64,000 bases of DNA, from assembly GCA_965112735.1 (NCBI GenBank), contig OZ218955.1, positions 62,001-126,000 of the forward strand, given 5' to 3'. The notes under the pieces are model-generated. The model did not search any database, was not told where the DNA came from, and saw nothing but the letters and a program-made list of their open reading frames with translations. This DNA comes from Phaeosaccion multiseriatum. Lineage: Eukaryota; Protista; Ochrophyta, other classes. Below are positions 53,494 to 64,000 of this stretch, one piece after another. The first letter of the stretch is position 1, and every line of letters starts with the position of its first letter. Made by a program: the position numbers and the translations under genes.

Positions 53494-53611
53494 GGAAAAA
53501 AAAATGAAGAAGCGCGTGATTCCAACAGGCTGGCTGGCTCACAAATGGTTTGATGGTCTGCGTGGTGGCTGCGAAGAGCAACATAAAAGATCTTCCCTTC
53601 CAGCTCATATA

Positions 53612-54445
53612 ATGCACCTCACCTTGAAGTACTTCGAGGCCGGAGCCTTCTCAGGCAGAGGGGGGGCGGTTCGCTTCTTCCTGCTGGCCCACGGCATCGA
53701 ATTCACCGAAGTGCTCGTCAAGGCGACGAGGGAGGCCTGGGAGCAGGAGAAGGAGAGACTGATGAGGTCGGGTGAGAACCCCTGTGGCACTCTTCCTGTG
53801 GTCACCCTCACACTTCGCGAGGAGGATGAGGGGCCACAGAAGGAGGCGAAGGCGGAGGCCTCCGAGGCGACAAAGGCCCCCACCCTCCAGTTCGACCAGC
53901 TTGACAGCCTCCCCAACGCTCAGCCCCACTCGCAGCAGCAGGACCTGTGCCAGCACGTGTCCATCATGCGCTACATCGCTCGTCTCTACGGGCTGGGCAG
54001 CGGCAACCCGTTTGGAGACTATGTGCAGGACCTCATCGCGGAGGAGTACGAGGCTTGGAATGCCTCCATGGATCGCATTCTCTTCTCCAAGCCGTCCGAG
54101 ACCCGCGCAGCCGAGAGGGCTGAGTATGAGAGAGGAGCCATGCCCGCGAAGCTCGCCATGTTCGAGGCGCTATTTGCCAAGTACAAGTGCCAGCAGCAGC
54201 GAGACGAGTCGCCTTGCCTGTGGGGCGACACCGCTGTCTTCTCGCTCCTCCACGACCATTTGGAAGGTGGGCTGCTCACCCTGCAAGGGCTGGGGGCCTT
54301 TCCCAACCTCGCCGCCATGTTCGACGCCTATCGCTCGGTTCCGGCCGTCGCCCAATGGATTGACCAGCGCCATTCAAGGTGTGAGCCCGGTCTTGACGCG
54401 AGTGCCAGCACCACCACTCAGCAGGTACATGACAACGGACTTTGA
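53612..54445 (+). CDS. Glutathione S-transferase (Tyr-type, sigma-like), single exon
   Basis: LKYFEAGAFSGRGGAVRFFLLAHGIEF, NPCGTLPVV (cis-Pro loop), QHVSIMRYIAR, WGDTAVF (N-cap) and FPNLAAMFDAYRSVPAVAQW. ATG 53612 is preferred over 53504. Confidence 0.9.
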   Translation: MHLTLKYFEAGAFSGRGGAVRFFLLAHGIEFTEVLVKATREAWEQEKERLMRSGENPCGTLPVVTLTLREEDEGPQKEAKAEASEATKAPTLQFDQLDSLPNAQPHSQQQDLCQHVSIMRYIARLYGLGSGNPFGDYVQDLIAEEYEAWNASMDRILFSKPSETRAAERAEYERGAMPAKLAMFEALFAKYKCQQQRDESPCLWGDTAVFSLLHDHLEGGLLTLQGLGAFPNLAAMFDAYRSVPAVAQWIDQRHSRCEPGLDASASTTTQQVHDNGL

Positions 54446-54766
54446 CCCTTGATTGCTTGACAGCGCCTTGGCCTGGACTCCGGCCCGGCTGCTGCAAGTT
54501 GTGGGGGGGCGCAAGTCAGGGTGGAGCTCGCAGGCTACCAGCCAGGTGCTGCCAGAGTGCTTCAAGAGCGAGATTCGTCAGGCCGCCAGGCAGGGAGCGA
54601 GCCGAAGCCAGCAGCAGAGCCAAACCGTACACAAGCGAGCTTCGAGTGTAGACAAGAAGGGCTTCGCGTGTGGGCAAGAGGGTTAGTACTAGCTAGCTAG
54701 AGCCGAACATGGCGGGAGCGAGGAGTAGTACTAGAGGCTATCAGCAGCCGAGCCAGCAAGTGTGTC

Positions 54767-54990
54767 AAGTAAGCACGACAAGTAAGCAGCCAGCGGCCGC
54801 TACTCTACTTAGGGTTAACCCTAACCCTAACCCTAAGCACGACAAGTAAGTAGCGGCCGCTACTCTACTTAGGGCTAACCCTAACCCTAACCCTAAGCAC
54901 GACAAGTAAGCAGCGGCCGCTACTCTACTTAGGGTTAACCCTAACCCTAACCCTAAGCACGACAAGTAAGCAGCGGCCGCTACTCTACTC
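54767..54990. repeat. 60-bp tandem array containing head-to-head telomeric repeats (interstitial telomeric sequence)
   Basis: Three units of ...GCGGCCGCTACTCTACTTAGGG(T/C)TAACCCTAACCCTAACCCTAAGCACGACAAGTAAG... plus a partial fourth. Confidence 0.9.
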
Positions 54991-55359
54991 AAGTCCTTCC
55001 CCCTCTCCTGCGTGCGCCACATTGCTGCGACCTGTGGCCGGGCTGGCTGTAGGTGCTGTAAACTAGCTATGGTCAGCCAGGCAATATATAGCGAGGACAG
55101 TGAGTACTCCAGAGATGGCCGATCCGCGCTGTGCTCTTCTCAGCGAGGTTCTCGAGGCAGACAGACAAGAGGCAGGCAGGGCAGAGGGGCCCTGCTGAGG
55201 ATGGACTACGGCGCGCAGGAGCGGATACCGAAGGATAGCTCTGACATCATGAGGTAGTATTATCAGAGCCTTTTTAGTGGCAGTTAGTTCAGAAGAACCA
55301 AGGCCATCGCTCGCTCTTCCACTTGTGAACATTCGCTTCTTCAGTGCCTGCAACCTCGT

Positions 55360-56320
55360 CGCTGGTACCCGCTGGTATTGCGTTTCAGCCCCAGGCCGAG
55401 AACGTTCTTCACGGCCAATTTGACATCTTTGTTGTCCCGGCCGGTCGTGTCTCTTTTTCGCCGCCAAGGTTGCCCCCACCGCACCCGCCTCGCCCAGGCT
55501 CTTGTTGTTGGCCTCGTCTACACTCAGATACTCAACAGCCAGGCTCTTGCTTGTTGTTGGCCTCGTCTACACTCAGATACTCAACAGCCCAGGCTCTTGT
55601 TGTTGGCCTCGTCTACACTCAGATACTCAACAGCCCAGGCTCTTGTTGTTGGCCTCGTCTACACTCAGATACTCAACAGCCCAGGCTCTTATTGTTGGCC
55701 TCGTCTACACTCAGATACTCAACAGCCAGGCTCTTGCTTGTTGTTGGCCTCGTCTACACTCAGATACTCAACAGCCAGGCTCTTGCTTATTATTTTCCTC
55801 ATCTACACTCAGATACTCAACAGCCCAGGCTCTTGTTGTTGGCCTCGTCTACACTCAGATACTCAACAGCCAGGCTCTTGCTTGTTGTTGGCCTCGTCTA
55901 CACTCAGATACTCAACAGCCAGGCTCTTGCTTATTATTTTCCTCATCTACACTCAGATACTCAACAGCCCAGGCTCTTGTTGTTGGCCTCGTCTACACTC
56001 AGATCCTCAACAGCCCTGCATGCATGCATACTTTTGCACATCGCTCGCTGTTCCCTGCGTGCTTCACCATGGCCGTCACCACCGCCTCGCACGCACCCGC
56101 CTCGCCCAGTGTTGTAAGTCAATGATACTGGGTGTCAGTCTGCCTCTTGTTGTGTTCATGGCTCAGGTTCAGAACAGCCCCGCATGTGGGTCTGCTCTTG
56201 TGACTCTTGGGCGCCTCTGTTTCCCCTGCATGGCTGGGTCCTCAGGTACCTCACCACGGCTTCACACGCACCCGCTTCCAGTCTCTTCCTGTTAGCGTCG
56301 TTTCCACTCAGCAGATTCAA
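55360..56320 (-). pseudogene. Decayed armadillo-repeat protein sequence
   Basis: Minus-strand fragments LNLLSGNDANRKRLEAGACEAVV, TCGAVLNLS, LGEAGACEAVVTAMVKHAGNS, DVQKYAC, RAVEDLSVDEANNKSLG and NNKSLGEAGAVGATL lie in shifting frames with a stop codon. Confidence 0.75.
55495..56016. repeat. 46/49-bp minisatellite, 11 copies
   Basis: Unit CAGGCTCTTGTTGTTGGCCTCGTCTACACTCAGATACTCAACAGCC. Confidence 0.95.
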
Positions 56321-56638
56321 CCCTTTATAACCCTAACCCTGCTTTTTCCCAATGGTCCTGCCACTCAGTCCTGCACTCAGTCCTGACACTCAGTCCTGAC
56401 ACCCAGTCCTGCCAGTGAGTCATGACACTCAGTCCTGACACTCAAAAAGGAGGGGAATAGTCCTGACAGTCCTCGGGTGGGAAAGAGCAGAAAGGGCTGT
56501 TATCCGGCAAGGTTCACAGCTGGCGACCTTAAAGAAAAAAATATTCAACATCCCCACGTTCACGCTCTCTCTCTCTCTCACACACACACTCTCCCTTATC
56601 TATCCCCCTCTCTCGCTCTCGCCCTTGTGAGCACAACC

Positions 56639-60413
<3,775 letters not shown>

Positions 60414-60776
60414 ATCACCAACAGCCCAACCTACGGGCCAATCTCCAGGCCTTCTTCCATGGCGATTGACCCACCGAGAAGAGGTCGCAGTGCGGCAGCA
60501 GCAGCAGCAATAAGGGAGGGAGGGAGAGGATGGCAGTGGAAGGAGGGGAGAGGATGGCAGTGGAAGGAGGAGGCAAGTGTCATGTCCCTGTACATGTTTT
60601 GTACATAAAACACACACACACACACACACACATACATGTGTGTATGATGAAAGCTTTGGAATAAAGCAATGTATGTATATATTCGTCACAAGTGCTTTAG
60701 CCCCGCCAGCCCCAGGGCTATTCACCACAAAAACAATAACATTGTGTAGCAATAACAATAACACGTATGTGCAGTC

Positions 60777-63700
60777 CTATTCAATTCGCTGCTCCCTTCC
60801 CTGCAAAGCTCTAGCAGCCGACCCTTCTTTGACCCCCCTCTCTTCCTCTCCCTCTCCCTCCTGTGGGATCACTGCCCCCCCCCCCCTCTCCCTTCCACTG
60901 CCATCCTCCCCTCCCTCCATCTCCCATCCAAGCGCATCTCCCCTCCCCCCCCCCCCATTTCTCCTTTCCCTTCGTCTGCGGTCCTGCTGCTGCTGTATCA
61001 CCAACTGCTGCTGCTGCTGCTGTATCACCACCTGCTGCGTCCTGTTGGCGGCTCGCGTATCCTGCTCAGGACTGGAAGGCTATGGGGTGGGGTGGGAGGG
61101 CGAATGGGGTGGGGACACACGGAGGGGAGGGACAGAAGGGAGAGGAGGGGCCAAGACCGCCAAGTGTGAGACTCCATCTCTTTCTCCCTCTCTGGTTCTC
61201 TCTCTCGCTCTCATCCTCCCTCCATCTTCGCCTCCATCTCTCTCTGCCTCTGCCTCTCTCTCTCCTCTTTCCTCTCCCATCCTCCCCCTCTTTCTCTCTC
61301 CTCTCTCCTCCTCTACTCCTTCACTCACCACCGCTCTGAACATACGGCGGCCGTTGTTGTTGATGCTCCTGCTGTTGCTGCTGCTCCTGCTGTTGCTGAG
61401 CAAGTTGCGGCGAAAGCGATGCCTGCCCCTGCTGCTGCCCCTGCTGCTGCTGCCCCTGCTGCTGCTGCCCCTGCTGCTGCCCCTGCTGTTGCCCCTGTAG
61501 GCCTTGCTGCAGCTTGTGCACCAACACTGTAATCCTCTCGTGTATGAAGTCGCCCCTCGCCCCAAGGTCTGCCGCCTTCTTGTAGGCGTCCAGCGCATCT
61601 CTGCTTTGGTTACAACTGTCGTACAAGGTGCCTACGTTGTACCACACTGCGCACAGCTTGGGGTCCAGTTTGATGGCCCGGGTGTAGGCATCGAGTGCGT
61701 CCCTGGGGGGGAAAGGATGAGCGAGGGAGAGAGGGGGCGAGGGAGGCAGGAAGGGAGGGAGGGAGGGAAAGCGGGAGGAAACGGGGAGGAAAAAGGAAGA
61801 AGCGGCTCAGAACAGCCCAAGGAAGGGAGGGCAGGAGGCGAAGGCCACAGAAACAACAGGAGGGGGGAGGGGGGAGAGCAAGAGAAAGAGGAGAGAAACA
61901 ACACTCAACACACACTCTTTTTAGGATTCGTTACAATAACAGGCGCATTCCATGCACGCACACACGCACGCACGCATACACGCACCCACGCACGCACCCA
62001 CACACGCACCCACGCACGCGCCCACGCACCTGTTCTGGCGCAGTTGGTAGTACAGCACCCCCAAGGAGCACCACACGTTGGGGTTATCGGGGTCACACGT
62101 CACAGCTTGGTCGTATGCCTGAGGGGAGGGGGGCAGATTGGCGTGGGTGCGTGCGTGAGAGGGCAGGGCACCGCAAAGGCAGGAGAGGAGAGGACAAAGC
62201 CAGGGCAGGACCAAGACAGTCTGTCTACAGTCTGTCTACAGTCTGTCCACAATCTGTCTACAGTCTGTCCACAGTCTGTCTACAGTCTGTCCACAATCTG
62301 TCTACAGTCTGTCCACAGTCTGCCTACAGTCTGTCTACAGTCTGTCTACAGTCTGTCCACAGTCTGTCCACAGTTTGTCTACAGTCTGCCTACAGTCTGT
62401 CTACAGTCTGTCCACAGTCTGTCTACAGTCTGTCTACAGTCTGTCTACAGTCTGTCTACAGTCTGTCCACAGTCTGCCTACAGTCTGTCCACAGTCTGTC
62501 CACAGTCTGTCTACAGTCTGCCTACAGTCTGTCTACAGTCAGTCCACAATCTGTCTACAGTCTGTCCACAGGCTGTCTCCAGTCTGTCTACAGTCTGTCC
62601 ACAGTCTGCCTACAGTCTGTCTACAGTCTGTCTAGCACTACAGAGCGACGAAAAGAGTCTTGACTGACTGTGCATCTATCCAGCGGTACACACGTGAGGA
62701 AGGTGCAGTTCCCAGTGGCTGGCGGCTCTCCACACAACAAAGCCACCCATCAGCTGCCATCCATCCTCCCTCCTTCCATCAGCTGCCGTCTGTAACTACA
62801 CACACATACATGATAGGCGAGCTCGTGCTGCTGCCCCGCCATGTAGCAGCGCCCCAGCAGGTACCAGCCCAGCCCGCCCTGCGGATCTGGGGGATGGCAG
62901 TGAATGGGCAGGGGTGGCAGTGGATGAGCAGGAGGTGTCAGGGCACAGGGTGTCAGGACAGAGAGAGGGGGTGCGCGGACAGGGTGTGACAGAGCAGGAG
63001 AGGGTGTCAGGACAGCAGGAGTTGATGATGCAGGGTGTCAGGACAGCAGGAGTTAGAAGTGAATGATACAGCAGCAGAGGGACACAGTGTGTGGGGCGGA
63101 GAGGAGGTGCGGTGTGCAGTGTAGGAGCAATGACCAACGCACGCATCCATCACCGTGCCCCTAAGGCGGCCCTACGGACTTGCCCTAAGGCCCTACGGTG
63201 CTGCCCTCAGGAGGTAGGGGGTATCCGACAGGAGGTAGGTATCAGGAGGTAGGAGGAGGAGGAACTGACACCCCCCACCCGCCTCACACACAGAGACACA
63301 CATTACACTACACACATACAATACGCACACACATGCACAGATAGACAGACAGAAAGGCAGACAGACACGCTCAACTCTCCCCCCATACATCAGTGCACAC
63401 ACCGATCTCCGTGGCTCTCTTGAGGTACCCCACCGCAGAGTTGAAGTCGTTCTGATCCTTGTAATGGAGCCACCCGAGCTGCTGCAGGGCCTTGACATGC
63501 TTGGCGTTGCACTGCAGAGCGCGTCGGTATGCTCCGGTGGCGCTGGCCACGTCATCACTTGTCTCGTACACGTGACCGATCTGGGCCCACACGTCCCCCT
63601 GGATGGTGCGGTCCTCGACACGCTAGAGGGGGGGGTAGGAAGGGAGAGGGGGGGAGAGGGAGGGAGGGAGGGAGGGAGGGAGTCAGGGAGTGAGTGAGTG

Positions 63701-64000
63701 AGTGAGTCAGCGAGGGAGTGAGACCATCCCCTGCCCTTCACCCCCCTCTATCCTCTGCCATCCCCTGCCATCTGTGACTGCTGACCTGAAGCACCATGTG
63801 GAACATGTCTAGAGCTTCCTCGAGCTTGCCCTGCTGCTTGGCGATGACGGCCATGTGGAAGCGCACCTCGTGCTCCAGCTCGAATTCGGGGTCCACCTTA
63901 TCCATTGTTAAGTAAGGGTATGTATGTATCCAATGGTAAGTAAGGGCATACAGTGAGGACATCCATCCACTGCCATCCGCAGAGGAGACGCAAGCCCTAC
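60777..64000 (-). CDS. Cyc8/Ssn6-like TPR transcriptional corepressor (3' part only)
   Basis: TPRs EVRFHMAVIAKQQG, VWAQIGHVYE...ALQQLGWLHY, WYLLGRCYM, AYDQAVTCDPDNPNVWCSLGVLYYQLRQNRDALDAYTRAIKLDP and VWYNVGTLYDSCNQSRDALDAY, then a polyQ tail. Last exon uncertain. Confidence 0.85.
62215..62645. repeat. 11-bp ACAGTCTGTC(T/C) array (intronic)
   Basis: Directly visible; the core ACAG-T-CTGT is an inverted repeat. Confidence 0.95.

Noticed and set aside
54450-56470. Telomere-associated retrotransposon
   Set aside because: No reverse transcriptase, endonuclease or gag motif was recognised; the coding remnant is ARM-like.

Overview
Eukaryotic nuclear DNA: GC-rich, gene-dense, with GT-AG spliceosomal introns stuffed with micro- and minisatellites. 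A stramenopile, probably an ochrophyte alga, is inferred from the C-x4-C...C-x2-HG repeat protein, a MASE1-type hybrid kinase and TTAGGG motifs; this is not proven. Reconstructed genes, left to right: hybrid histidine kinase (-, C-terminus runs off the window), divergent PRPP-synthetase-like protein (-), classical PTP-fold phosphatase (-), polyQ zinc-finger-repeat protein (+), NST1-like coiled-coil protein with ubiquitin-like and zinc-ribbon segments (-), 19-exon MCM7 (+), secreted or membrane alpha/beta hydrolase (-), ZIP metal transporter (-), RGG/SAP-like protein (+), multi-pass membrane protein (+), intronless GST (+), decayed armadillo-repeat sequence (-), HROB/DUF4539 (+) and Cyc8/Ssn6-like TPR corepressor (-, N-terminus off the window). 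No rRNA, tRNA, CRISPR array or intact transposon was seen. The most unusual signals are at DNA level. Three short motifs recur throughout exons and introns regardless of strand, two of them also regardless of reading frame. Introns carry private minisatellites, often with palindromic cores and periods near multiples of 11 bp. One minisatellite visibly arose from ARM coding sequence next to a head-to-head telomere-repeat palindrome array. All exon coordinates were read by hand and are predictions.
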